From Phenylobacterium sp. (GTDB lineage Bacteria; Pseudomonadota; Alphaproteobacteria; Caulobacterales; Caulobacteraceae), in the NCBI RefSeq assembly GCF_041919955.1, contig NZ_JAYRSU010000008.1, positions 2,943 through 66,942 of the forward strand: DNA of 64,000 bases, read 5' to 3'. Under the pieces are notes generated by a model, which saw only the letters and a list, made by a program, of their open reading frames with translations, was not told where the DNA came from and did not search any database. The position numbers and the translations under genes are program-made. This document shows positions 48,826-58,400 of this stretch, one piece after another; within the stretch, counting starts at the first letter, position 1; each line of letters starts with the position of its first letter.

Positions 48826-50435
48826 GCGGCGGCGTCCGTCTGGATGAAGGCGCCGGCGATCATGGTGCGCAGCACCGCGATCTGGCCGATGCGCTCGGGC
48901 GGGACGTCCAGGGGGCTGGCGCTGAGGACCACCAGGTCGGCGACCTTGCCGGCCTCGAGCGTCCCCTTCTCGGCCTCCTCGAACTGGATGAAGGCGGCGT
49001 TGCGGGTGAACATCGCCACCGCCTGCTCGGGGGTCACGCCCTGTTCGGGATGGAAGCCGCCGCGATTGACCGCATAGTCGATGGCCGCGATCACGTCGGG
49101 CCGCTCGATGGGCGCGTCAGACGAGCCGGCGAGCGCGATCCCGGCGGCCAGGAAGTCGCGGAACGGATAGACGTGCGGCGTCCGCTCCGGCCCCAGCCGG
49201 GCGGGCAGCCAGTCCTTCTCCGAGCGGATGAACAGCGGCTGGGTGCAGACCTGCAAGCCGATGCGGGCGATCCGCGCGATCATCCGGGGATCGGCGATGG
49301 AGGCGTGCTCGATGCGATGGCGATGGTCGTCGCGCGGATGCTCGGCCAACAGGCGCTCGAACAGCCGCACGCAGTTGGCGACGCCCTGATCGCCGATGGC
49401 GTGGATGCAGACCTGGTAGCCGGCCAGGTGGGCGGCCTCCATCCGGCGATAGATCTCGTCGTCCGGCAGGGTCATGTAGCCATGGGTGCAGGCTTTGTCG
49501 GCGTAGGGCTCGCTCATGCAGGCGGTGCAGGAACCGAAGGTGCCGTCGGCGAAGATCTTGATCGCCCGCGCTCGGGTGCGTTTGGCGGGATCGTTCAGCG
49601 GTGAGTCGATGACCGCGCGCACGCCGTCCAGGGTCTTGCCGATGACGATGGCGTAGATGGATTGCGGCATGCGGTCCCGCACCATCTGGACGACCATGCT
49701 TTCCATCCGGGCCGAGGCGCCGCCCGGCCCTTCCTCGTCACTCTGCATCATGGCCCCGATGGAGGTGACGCCGCCGGCGGCCAGGGCGGCGAAGCAGGCG
49801 CGGCTGGCCTCGAACATCCGTGCAGGATCGGGACCGGGCATGTGGCCGAGCGGCAGGCCGGTCGCAGCCTCGTAGAATATCCCATCGAGCCGGCCCCGCG
49901 CGTCGCGGCCGAGCGAGCCGCCCGGCGGGGCCTCGACGTCTTCGCCGACACCCGCCGCAGCCAGCGCCGCGGAGTTGACGATCACCGCGTGACCGTCGCG
50001 GGTGTAGACCAGGGCCGGACGATCAGGGAACCAGACGTCCAGTACGGCGCGGTCCAGCCGCTCGGCGGGCGGCAGGCGCTTGGCCTCGAACTGAACGCCG
50101 ATCAGCCACTCGGCGTCGGTCAGCCGCGGTTCGAGCGCATCGAGACTGGCGCGGACCTGGGCCAGCGAGGTCGCGTCTTCCAGATCCGCATTGGCGGCGA
50201 AGAACATCATCGGCAGCGGATGCAGGTGGGGGTCGATGAAGCCCGGCAGCAGGGCGCGGCCGGCCAGGTCGATCTCTTCCGGCGCAGCGCCTACTTCGCG
50301 CGCCTGCGCGCGCGCCGCATCCAGGTCGCCGACGAAGGTGATGCGGTCGCCTGTGGTGAGCAGCGCCTGCGCGCCGGGCGCGCCATCGGCCATGGTGACG
50401 ATCGGGCCGCCGTGAAACAGAAATGAGCTCGCCAC
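48822..50435 (-). CDS. Metal-dependent amidohydrolase (YtcJ/NfdA-like, Amidohydro_3)
   Basis: PGFIDPHLH; KIFADG; HAIGD; RHRIEHA; SSDAP. GTG 50435 follows a GGAG RBS; TTG 50456 is an alternative start. Confidence 0.92.
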   Translation of the reverse strand: MASSFLFHGGPIVTMADGAPGAQALLTTGDRITFVGDLDAARAQAREVGAAPEEIDLAGRALLPGFIDPHLHPLPMMFFAANADLEDATSLAQVRASLDALEPRLTDAEWLIGVQFEAKRLPPAERLDRAVLDVWFPDRPALVYTRDGHAVIVNSAALAAAGVGEDVEAPPGGSLGRDARGRLDGIFYEAATGLPLGHMPGPDPARMFEASRACFAALAAGGVTSIGAMMQSDEEGPGGASARMESMVVQMVRDRMPQSIYAIVIGKTLDGVRAVIDSPLNDPAKRTRARAIKIFADGTFGSCTACMSEPYADKACTHGYMTLPDDEIYRRMEAAHLAGYQVCIHAIGDQGVANCVRLFERLLAEHPRDDHRHRIEHASIADPRMIARIARIGLQVCTQPLFIRSEKDWLPARLGPERTPHVYPFRDFLAAGIALAGSSDAPIERPDVIAAIDYAVNRGGFHPEQGVTPEQAVAMFTRNAAFIQFEEAEKGTLEAGKVADLVVLSASPLDVPPERIGQIAVLRTMIAGAFIQTDAAA

Positions 50436-50465
50436 GGCTGTCCGTCTCTCCCGCAAATCGCAATA

Positions 50466-50477
50466 TAGTAATTACTA
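50466..50477. promoter_or_regulatory. Perfect 12-bp palindrome upstream of the amidohydrolase operon
   Basis: TAGTAATTACTA. Confidence 0.55.
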
Positions 50478-50653
50478 GGTTCCAGCCTGTGCGGGGTCAA
50501 TTGGCGGTGTGACGCGGCAAGGCCTCAAAAGCTCGCCGCGGAGGCGCGGCCTGTTGCGGACCGCCGCCGCTCGCCGCACGCTCACCTCCATGCGACGGGG
50601 CCGGGGCGACGGGCCATGCCAAAGCGCCTGTCCAACCGCGACGGAGACCCTCC

Positions 50654-51013
50654 TTGTTCACCTGTGTCATCCGCTATCATGTCGATCTCGAAGAGCTGCA
50701 GGCGTTCCGAGAATACGCGCGGGCCTGGATCGGGCTGATCCGCAAGTACGGCGGAATCCACCACGGCTACTTCGTACCCGGAACCGGCGACGAGGTTCTG
50801 CCGGCGACGACCTTCAGCTTTCCCGGACTGGGAACCGCCGCCCCGGCGGATGTGGCGTTCGCGCTCTTCAGCTTTCCCGACATCGCGGCCTACGAACGCT
50901 ATCGCGTAGCGGTGGCCGAGGACGAGGCCTGCAAGGCGGCCACAGCGAAGTTCAACGAAACGCCGTGCTTTTCGGGCTACGAGCGCTCATTCCTCATCCC
51001 CATGTTCGATTGA
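50654..51013 (+). CDS. NIPSNAP family protein
   Basis: FTCVIRYHVD...YARAWIGLIRKYGGIHHGYF...ALFSFPDIAAYERYR. Confidence 0.8.
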   Translation: MFTCVIRYHVDLEELQAFREYARAWIGLIRKYGGIHHGYFVPGTGDEVLPATTFSFPGLGTAAPADVAFALFSFPDIAAYERYRVAVAEDEACKAATAKFNETPCFSGYERSFLIPMFD

Positions 51014-51016
51014 GCG

Positions 51017-51619
51017 TCAGAAGAGGTCGAGCACAGCGGCGAGGGCTGTGGCGGTGCGGTCGAGGACTTCCGCCTCGCCGGCGAAGTCGGTCTCGAACAG
51101 CATCTCGACGGCGGCATAGCCGAGATGCAACGCCAGCCCCGCGCGCACTCTCAGCGTCTCGCCGTCAGAGGCCAGGCCCTGTTCGGCGAAGTAGTCGACC
51201 AACAGGACGGCCATGCGCTCCTGGTGTCTCAAGCGCACGTCGCGCAGTTCGGGAATGGCGCGAAGGGCGACGAGCAGTTCGAAGCCGCCGGTGAAGGCGC
51301 GGCTCATTCGCAGCGACTCGCTGAGCATGTCGCGGCAGATGGCGCGCAGGTCGTCCGGCGTGCGGACGCGTCGTCCGGTGTCGGTGCGGATCGCGGTGCT
51401 CTGGGCGCTCAGCATACGTTCGCCCAGCTCGCGCAGCAGCGCATGCTTGTTGGGGAAGTAGTGATAGAAGGTCGGCGGGGTCAGGCCTGCTCGTTCGGCC
51501 ACGGCGTTGGAATTGACGCCCTCAACCCCTGTCTCGGCGAGCAGCGCCTGGGCGGCCGTAACGAGGCGCTCGATGCCGCTGGGCTTCGCACCGGGACGCG
51601 CTTTTTGCTTCGAGCTCAT
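51017..51619 (-). CDS. TetR/AcrR regulator
   Basis: VNSNAVAERAGLTPPTFYHYFPNKHAL. ATG 51619. Confidence 0.9.
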   Translation of the reverse strand: MSSKQKARPGAKPSGIERLVTAAQALLAETGVEGVNSNAVAERAGLTPPTFYHYFPNKHALLRELGERMLSAQSTAIRTDTGRRVRTPDDLRAICRDMLSESLRMSRAFTGGFELLVALRAIPELRDVRLRHQERMAVLLVDYFAEQGLASDGETLRVRAGLALHLGYAAVEMLFETDFAGEAEVLDRTATALAAVLDLF

Positions 51620-51707
51620 AGGTCGATCTAGGGGCGCCGCCCCAGGCGGGCAAGACGCGCCCCTGCGATCGTCCTCGCCGCGCGCCGGGCCCATTTAAGA
51701 TACTTTC

Positions 51708-51721
51708 GAGTTGACATATTA
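51708..51721 (+). promoter_or_regulatory. TTGACA-containing element upstream of the TBDR, near-identical to 56005-56018
   Basis: GAGTTGACATATTA. Confidence 0.55.
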
Positions 51722-51808
51722 TCCCCTCCCAAAATAACGCTGTGCGCCACAGCCGGACGCCCACGCGCCCAAGGGCCGCGCAGGGCGCAGATTTCAGGGG
51801 GGAATGAT

Positions 51809-54124
51809 ATGATCCACACAGCTCTCACGCGCTCGGCCTTGAAGCGCGCGCTGTTCGCCGGCGCGGCCGCGGGCCTCACGCTGGGCGCGGCCTCGGCGGC
51901 GGGCGCCCAGGCGGCGGACGACACGACCACGCTCGGCGAGCTGGTCGTCACCGCCCAGAAGCGCTCCGAGCGCCTGCAGGACGTGCCGGTCTCGGTGAAC
52001 GTCGTCTCTGCCCAGGCCCTGGCCGACAGCCACGTCTCGGGCCTGCAGCAGCTTCAGCAGCTCTCGCCGTCGCTGGGCTTCACCCCCTCGGCCAACACCC
52101 GCGGCCAGGGGCTGTCGGTGCGTGGTCTCGGCACGCTCAACTTCTCGGACGGCGTGGAGCCGACTGTTTCGGTCGTGCTGGACGGCGTCGTCATCGGCCG
52201 CAGCGCCGGCTCGTTCTTCGACTTCAACGACGTCGAGCGGATCGAGGTGCTGCGCGGGCCGCAGGGCATGCTGTTCGGCAAGAACGCCGCTGCCGGCGTC
52301 ATCAACATCGTCACCGCCCGCCCCAACCTGACGGAAGTCGAGGCCGACGCCTCGATCAGCTATGCGACCTTCGATGAAGTTCGCGCCAAGGGCTCGGTCT
52401 CGGTGCCGATCAAGAGCGGCGAACTGGCCGCACGGATCTCGGGTTTCTACAATGAATCCGAGGGCTTCATCACCAACCGCTTCGACGGCAAGAAATATAA
52501 CGGCCTCAATTCCTACGGCCTGCGCGGCAAGCTGGTCTGGAGCCCGACCGACAGCTTCGACCTCTACGCCACCCTCGACTACAGCCGCGCCGACCAGGAC
52601 TGCTGCGTCAGCACGGTGCGGTCGATCCTGCCGACCACCCGTTATCTGGGTCCCACCGGCCCGACCCGCGCCTCGCTCTTCACCGGCGTCAATGTCGGCC
52701 CTTTCAGCCGTGAGGCGAACTTCGACGGCCGCGCCTTCAACGACCAGAACACCTGGGGCGCCTCGGTCGAGATGAACAAGGAGTTCGAGGCCTTCACCCT
52801 GACCTCGATCACCGCCTACCGGGCCTTCGAGGTCGAGGACAACAACGACGCCGACGGCGGCCGCCTGGCCCTGCTGAACGTCAACAGCGCCCACCAGAAG
52901 CAGGACCAGTTCACCCAGGAACTGCGCATCACCTCCCCGACCGGCCAGCGGCTGGAGTACGTGGCGGGCCTGTTCTACTTCGACCAGGACGTCTCCACGA
53001 CGACCGAGGTGCGCGGCAATTTCGGCCAGGTCCTGCCGGCCGGCGCCTACCTCCAGAATTTCATCGACCGGGCGATCAGCACCCGCAACTACGCCGTCTT
53101 CGGCCAGGCGACCTTCAACGTCACCGACGAGCTGAGGCTGATCGGCGGCCTGCGCTACACCAACGAAGAGCTGAAGGCCCGCTTCCTGCGCACCATCCCG
53201 ACCGGCGCCTTGGGCGCGGTCCCGGGCCTGGGCGGCCCCGCGCTCAACGCCCCGAACCTGCACGCCAAGGACGACGACCTCTCGGGCAAGCTTGGCGTGC
53301 AGTACAAGTTCAACAGCGACGTCATGGCCTACGCGACCTACTCGCGCGGCTACAAGGGCCAGGCGATCAACCTGCTGAACAACCTCAGCGCCGCCACCGT
53401 GAACTCGGGCCAATACGTCCTCGCGCCCGAGCGGGTGAACAACTACGAGGTCGGCCTGCGCACCACGCCGTTCGACCGCCAGGTGATCTTCAACGTCACG
53501 CTGTTCCAGACCGAGATCGAGAACTTCCAGGCTCAGACCTTCGATGCGAACACCACCAGCTTCGCCCTGGCCAACGCCGGCAAGCTGCGCTCGCGCGGGG
53601 TCGAGCTGGAGACCCAGTACCGCCCCAACCAGGCCTTCCAGTTCTCGGGCAACGTCGCCTATGCCGACACCCGCGTCGAAGGCTTCGCCCCGGCCTGCTA
53701 CCCCGGCCAGACGGCGGCGCTCGGCTGCGTGGGCGGGCGCCAGGAGGTCACCGGCAGCGCCCTGACCAATGCGCCCATGTGGTCCTACACCCTGGCCGCC
53801 AGCTACAACCGCGCGCTGGAATCCATCCCGTTCGACCTGACGGCCGACCTCTCCTACAGCTACCGCTCGTCGGTGTTCTTCACCTTCCGCGACCCCAACA
53901 CCGTCCAGCCCGGCTACGGCCTGCTGAACCTGAACGTCGGGCTGAAGAGCCAGGACGGCCGCTACGGCGTCACCGTCTTCGCGCGCAACCTGCTGGACGA
54001 GCAGTTCGTCTCGGGCATCGGCACCGGCTTCCTGGACACCAACGCCACCGGCGCCGGCTACACCCAGAGCATGACCGTCGACGCGTTCCGCCGGGTCGGC
54101 GTCGAGGCCCGTATGCACTTCTGA
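51809..54124 (+). CDS. TonB-dependent receptor
   Basis: Signal peptide; ELVVTAQKRSERLQDVP; ERIEVLRGPQGMLFGKNAAAG; C-terminal RMHF. Confidence 0.95.
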   Translation: MIHTALTRSALKRALFAGAAAGLTLGAASAAGAQAADDTTTLGELVVTAQKRSERLQDVPVSVNVVSAQALADSHVSGLQQLQQLSPSLGFTPSANTRGQGLSVRGLGTLNFSDGVEPTVSVVLDGVVIGRSAGSFFDFNDVERIEVLRGPQGMLFGKNAAAGVINIVTARPNLTEVEADASISYATFDEVRAKGSVSVPIKSGELAARISGFYNESEGFITNRFDGKKYNGLNSYGLRGKLVWSPTDSFDLYATLDYSRADQDCCVSTVRSILPTTRYLGPTGPTRASLFTGVNVGPFSREANFDGRAFNDQNTWGASVEMNKEFEAFTLTSITAYRAFEVEDNNDADGGRLALLNVNSAHQKQDQFTQELRITSPTGQRLEYVAGLFYFDQDVSTTTEVRGNFGQVLPAGAYLQNFIDRAISTRNYAVFGQATFNVTDELRLIGGLRYTNEELKARFLRTIPTGALGAVPGLGGPALNAPNLHAKDDDLSGKLGVQYKFNSDVMAYATYSRGYKGQAINLLNNLSAATVNSGQYVLAPERVNNYEVGLRTTPFDRQVIFNVTLFQTEIENFQAQTFDANTTSFALANAGKLRSRGVELETQYRPNQAFQFSGNVAYADTRVEGFAPACYPGQTAALGCVGGRQEVTGSALTNAPMWSYTLAASYNRALESIPFDLTADLSYSYRSSVFFTFRDPNTVQPGYGLLNLNVGLKSQDGRYGVTVFARNLLDEQFVSGIGTGFLDTNATGAGYTQSMTVDAFRRVGVEARMHF

Positions 54125-54127
54125 CGC

Positions 54128-54162
54128 AAAAAGGCCGGCTCGCACCACGGCGAGCCGGCTTT
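54128..54162. terminator. Bidirectional Rho-independent terminator between the convergent TBDR and sulfatase genes
   Basis: AAAAAGGCCGGCTCGC-loop-GCGAGCCGGCTTT. Confidence 0.75.
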
Positions 54163-54211
54163 CACGATCTTCCCCCTCGGGCGCTGCGCAGGCCGCGCCC
54201 TTCTTTTTTGC

Positions 54212-55906
54212 CTACTCGTCGAAGTAGCGGGCGAAGCGGCAGAGCAGGTCCGAGGGCTGGGCCAGCGGGCCTGAGCCATAGCGCTCCCACTCCTGCGCCC
54301 ACAGCCGTTGAAGCCGCGCCAGCACCTGCGGATGGCGCTGCGCCAGGTCGACCGTCTCGGCGTAGTCGACCTCGGTGTTGTAGAGTTCCCAGCGGTCGGC
54401 CTCGAACGGCGTTCCGCACTTGTGCATGGCCACCGCGCGCCAGCCGCCGTCGGTGATCGCCCGATTGCCGCGCAGCTCGAAGTATTGGGTGGTGCGGGCC
54501 GGAGCCCGCGGATTGGCGAAGCTCGCCCCGAACGAACGGCCGGCCACCGGCAACTGGCGCTCGCCATCGACGACTTCGGCGAACCTCGCGCCCGCCGCCT
54601 CCAGCAGGGTCGGGCCGATGTCGATGACGTCGACATATTGGCTGCGGACGGCGCCGCCATCCTTGATCCTCGCCGGCCAGCTGACGATCAGCGGCGTGCG
54701 CACCCCGCCCAGATAGGGCCATAGCTTATAGCGGCGGAAGGGCGTCACGCCGGCCATGGCCCACGGCCGCGGATAGGCCGCCTGGGTTTGCGCCGTGCCG
54801 AGTTCGGCCAGCCGGGCGCGTTGCTTGGCGGGCGCCAGGGTGTTGGGCCGGTAGAGCCCGTTGAACTCGCCCGCTTGCCCGGCCTCCGAAGCCGCGCCGT
54901 TGTCGGAGAAGAGGACGACGAGGGTGTCGTCGTCGAGGATGTCGAGCAGCCGTCCGACCTGCTCGTCGGCGTGTTGCATGAAGCCCGCATAGACTTCCAT
55001 ATAGCGGGTGAAGACCGCCTTTTCGTCCTCACTCAGCGCGGTCCAGGGACGGTCGCCCTCGTTAGGGGGCGGCAGGGCGGTGTCGGCGGGGATCACGCCC
55101 AGCTCTTTCATCCGCGCGAAGCGCTGGCGGCGGATCTCGTCCCAGCCCTTGTCGTAGACCCCGGCATAGGCGTCGGCGTAGCGGGCCGGAACCTGCAGCG
55201 GCGCATGCGCGACGCCCAGCGCCAGGTGCAGGAAGAACGGCTGGTCGGGCGCCTTGCGGCGATGTTCGCCGACCAGAGCGATCGCCTTGTCCGCCAAGTC
55301 GCTGGACAGGTGATAGTCGGCCGGCAGCGTCGGGCGGATGTAGCCGTTGTTCTCGACCAGATCGGGTCTGTACTGGTCCGTCCAGCCGCGCGCGAAGCCG
55401 TAGAAATAGTCGAAGCCGCGTTGCAGCGGCCAGTCGCCGCGCTCGGCGTCCGCGCCCAACTGCTCCTTGGGGATCAGGTGCCACTTGCCGACGATCCAGT
55501 TGGCGTAGCCGGCGCCCTTCAGAGCCTGGGCGAAGGTCTGGGCGTTGTGCGGGATGTGGAAGGCGTTCTTCGGGAACGAGCCTGCCGGGGCGACCATGCC
55601 GAGGTCGGGGACGTCGGGCATGTTCACCGTGTGGCCGTTGCGACCGGTGAACATCGCCGCCCGGGTGGTCGAGCACACCGCCTTGGTGTCGAAGCGGTTG
55701 TAGCGCAGGCCTCTGGCGGCCAGGCGATCCATGTTCGGCGTGCGGATCTCCGAGCCGAAGCATCCGAGATCTGAGAAACCCACGTCGTCCAGCACTATGG
55801 TGACGATGTTCGGCCGCTTGGCCGCCTTGCGCGGCGCGGCCGTGGCCGCCCGAGCCAATGCGGTGGACGCCAACAGCGAGGTGAGCAGGACGCGGCGGTG
55901 GATCAT
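54212..55906 (-). CDS. Arylsulfatase (formylglycine type), probably Tat-exported
   Basis: HRRVLL signal; PNIVTIVLDDVGFSD; CSTTRAAMFTGR; GKWH; FSDNG; WELYN. Confidence 0.92.
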   Translation of the reverse strand: MIHRRVLLTSLLASTALARAATAAPRKAAKRPNIVTIVLDDVGFSDLGCFGSEIRTPNMDRLAARGLRYNRFDTKAVCSTTRAAMFTGRNGHTVNMPDVPDLGMVAPAGSFPKNAFHIPHNAQTFAQALKGAGYANWIVGKWHLIPKEQLGADAERGDWPLQRGFDYFYGFARGWTDQYRPDLVENNGYIRPTLPADYHLSSDLADKAIALVGEHRRKAPDQPFFLHLALGVAHAPLQVPARYADAYAGVYDKGWDEIRRQRFARMKELGVIPADTALPPPNEGDRPWTALSEDEKAVFTRYMEVYAGFMQHADEQVGRLLDILDDDTLVVLFSDNGAASEAGQAGEFNGLYRPNTLAPAKQRARLAELGTAQTQAAYPRPWAMAGVTPFRRYKLWPYLGGVRTPLIVSWPARIKDGGAVRSQYVDVIDIGPTLLEAAGARFAEVVDGERQLPVAGRSFGASFANPRAPARTTQYFELRGNRAITDGGWRAVAMHKCGTPFEADRWELYNTEVDYAETVDLAQRHPQVLARLQRLWAQEWERYGSGPLAQPSDLLCRFARYFDE

Positions 55907-56004
55907 GGCGGGCTCCTGGATACGATCCGCCCGCCGAGGCTGCGAGCGGGGCCTCGTGCAGACGGCCAGCGCCGCCCTCCACCGCAGGTTTCGGCCTGCG
56001 CGAC

Positions 56005-56018
56005 TATTATGTCAACTC
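56005..56018 (-). promoter_or_regulatory. TTGACA-containing element upstream of the sulfatase
   Basis: Minus strand reads GAGTTGACATAATA, 13/14 identical to 51708-51721. Confidence 0.55.
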
Positions 56019-56032
56019 TATAGCATCGTAAT

Positions 56033-56638
56033 TCAACGCGCGCCGGGCGGGGCCAGCAGGCTCTGGATCAGCGTCCGCAGCTCCTCGTCGCTGACGGGCC
56101 AGTTCAGCGAAAGGAAGTTGCGCGCGATGCCGTTCAGGACATTTAGGATCACCGGCGCCGGCAGCGCCGGCGGCGGCTCCATTCGCGCCAGCGCCTCGGC
56201 CAGCGCGCCGGAGTTGCGACCGCGGCGGAACCGCGAGCCGGCTGTCATCGCGGCGCCGATCTCCGTGTTCACCCGGCCCTCCGTCTGCAACGCCACCGAA
56301 CAGGCGCCGAGTTGGGGATGGGTGTAGAGCTCGATGAGCTTGTGGGCGAAGACCTCCAGGTCCGCCGCGGGCGCGCCGGTGTCCTTGAACTCGGCGTCGT
56401 TCCAGACTTCGAGGAAGGCTTCGACCACACAGGCCGTCGGGGTCTCCCAGCGGCGATAGAAGCTGGCCTTGGTGACGCCCGCCTCGGCGCAGACCCGCTC
56501 CAGGGTCATGCCTGAGAACCCGTGCCGGGCCAGCACCGACAGGGCGGCGGCCTTGATCCGCCCTTCGAGCGCAGTGTCACGCGGGCGGCCGCGCCCACGC
56601 CGCGCCGGCTCGGCCGTCTTGGCCTCGGTCGAACTCAT
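56033..56638 (-). CDS. TetR/AcrR regulator
   Basis: GRGRPRD...MTLERVCAEAGVTKASFYRRW. Confidence 0.9.
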   Translation of the reverse strand: MSSTEAKTAEPARRGRGRPRDTALEGRIKAAALSVLARHGFSGMTLERVCAEAGVTKASFYRRWETPTACVVEAFLEVWNDAEFKDTGAPAADLEVFAHKLIELYTHPQLGACSVALQTEGRVNTEIGAAMTAGSRFRRGRNSGALAEALARMEPPPALPAPVILNVLNGIARNFLSLNWPVSDEELRTLIQSLLAPPGAR

Positions 56639-56735
56639 GACCTTGGATATCTCCCGCACCGAATCCGCGCCGGCCAGGCGGGGCCGGCGCACGCCTCCAG
56701 AGGCCCCTCCTGCCCAGCTCCGTCAACCCCTGCGC

Positions 56736-58340
56736 CTAGGCCAGCTGCGCCTCGACGCTGGCGCGGGCGGCGGGATAGTCGGCCTTGCCGTTCGCCGCGC
56801 GCAGGTTGCGGTCGGCGATGACGATGCGCTTGGGAGTCTTGTAGCCGGCCAGGGTCTTGCGCACGTGGGCGCGCAAGGCCTCCTCGTCCAGCGCCGCGCC
56901 CTCGGCCAGGCGCACCACGCCAGTGACCGCCTGCCCCCACTTCTCGTCGGGCAGGCCGATGACCAGGGCGTCCTCGACGCTGGGGTGGGTCTTCAGCGCC
57001 TCCTCGACCTCTTCGGGAAAGACCTTCTCGCCGGCGGTGTTGATGCAGGCGCTGCCGCGGCCCAGCAGGGTCAGCGAGCCGTCCGGCTCGACCACGCACC
57101 AGTCGCCAGGGATCGAGTAGCGCACGCCGCCGATGGTGCGGAAGGTGCGCGCGGTCTTCTCCTCGTCCTTGTAGTAGCCGAGCGGATTGGGCGGGCCGAT
57201 GGCGACGATCCCGGGCACGCCCGAGCCGGGCTCCACCGGCCGGTCCTGCTCGTCGAACACCTTGCACCGCTCGCCCAGCATGAACTTGGCGGTCTGCACC
57301 TCCATGCCCTTGGCCATCAGCGACACGCCCATGCCCAGCGCCTCGGACGAGGAGAAGGCGTCCGACAGCACCGCCTGCGGCATGTGCTCCAGCATCCCCT
57401 GCTTGACCTCGTAGGACCACATGACCCCCGACGAGACGATCATCTTCACCGACGAGACGTCCCAGCGGCCCGGATGCGCATTCAGGGCGTTGAGGATCGG
57501 GGTGGCGAAGGAGTCGCCGACGATCACCAGGGTGTCGGGCTGGTTTCGGTCGATGGCGGCCAGCAGTTCCTCAGCCTCGAACTTCACGCCTTCGAGCGTG
57601 ATGACCGTGCCGCCGCCCAGCATGGCGTTCATGCCGGTGAGCAGGCCGGTGCCGTGCATCAGCGGCGGGGCGGGCAGGACGCGTCCCTGCGGCCCGACGG
57701 CCTTAACGTGCTCGGCCAGGGCCTCGAGCGTCTCCGGCACCGAGCCCATCTTGCGGGCCGCCGCCAGGGTGATCTCGCGCAGGTCGTGATGCGTCCACAT
57801 CACGCCCTTGGGCATGCCGGTGGTGCCGCCGGTATAGATGAAGAACTCGTCCTCGCCCGACCGCTCAATGCCGAGCGGCGAACCGTCGCCCTCCGCCGCC
57901 AGGTCCTCGAACCGCTCGGCGAAGTCGGCGACCTGACCGTCGTTGCTGACCTCAACCCAGGTCTTCACCTTGGGCAGGCGCGGGCGGATCTGCTCGATCG
58001 CATCGCGGAACTCCGAGGCGTAGACCACCGTCTGGGCGTCGGAATTGTCGAAGATGTACCAGACCTCTTCGGGGGTGTAGCGGTAGTTGACGTTGACGTG
58101 GGTCAGCCGCGCCTTCCAGCCGGCCGCGACCGACATGAGGTATTCGGGCCGGTTGCGCATGTAGATCGCGATCTTGTCGCGAGGTCGCGCGCCGCGGGCG
58201 ATCAGGGCGCGGGCCAGGTTGTTGGTCGCCGCCCTCGCCTCTCCCAGTGTGATGATCCGCTCGCCGTGGATGAAGGCCGGATGATCCTGGGGCAGGACCG
58301 GCTCCACGGCGTCGAGAATGTCTCCGAAATTCCAGGGCAT
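56736..58340 (-). CDS. Acyl-CoA synthetase (FadD19-like AMP-binding protein)
   Basis: YTGGTTGMPKG; SSSE; PGD; RGSACINTAGEKVFPEEVE; YKTPK. Confidence 0.93.
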   Translation of the reverse strand: MPWNFGDILDAVEPVLPQDHPAFIHGERIITLGEARAATNNLARALIARGARPRDKIAIYMRNRPEYLMSVAAGWKARLTHVNVNYRYTPEEVWYIFDNSDAQTVVYASEFRDAIEQIRPRLPKVKTWVEVSNDGQVADFAERFEDLAAEGDGSPLGIERSGEDEFFIYTGGTTGMPKGVMWTHHDLREITLAAARKMGSVPETLEALAEHVKAVGPQGRVLPAPPLMHGTGLLTGMNAMLGGGTVITLEGVKFEAEELLAAIDRNQPDTLVIVGDSFATPILNALNAHPGRWDVSSVKMIVSSGVMWSYEVKQGMLEHMPQAVLSDAFSSSEALGMGVSLMAKGMEVQTAKFMLGERCKVFDEQDRPVEPGSGVPGIVAIGPPNPLGYYKDEEKTARTFRTIGGVRYSIPGDWCVVEPDGSLTLLGRGSACINTAGEKVFPEEVEEALKTHPSVEDALVIGLPDEKWGQAVTGVVRLAEGAALDEEALRAHVRKTLAGYKTPKRIVIADRNLRAANGKADYPAARASVEAQLA

Positions 58341-58400
58341 CGCTCACCTCCCGTCCGCGCCCCGGTCTTCGCCGGGTGCGCGTGTGACTGACCTGGGATG

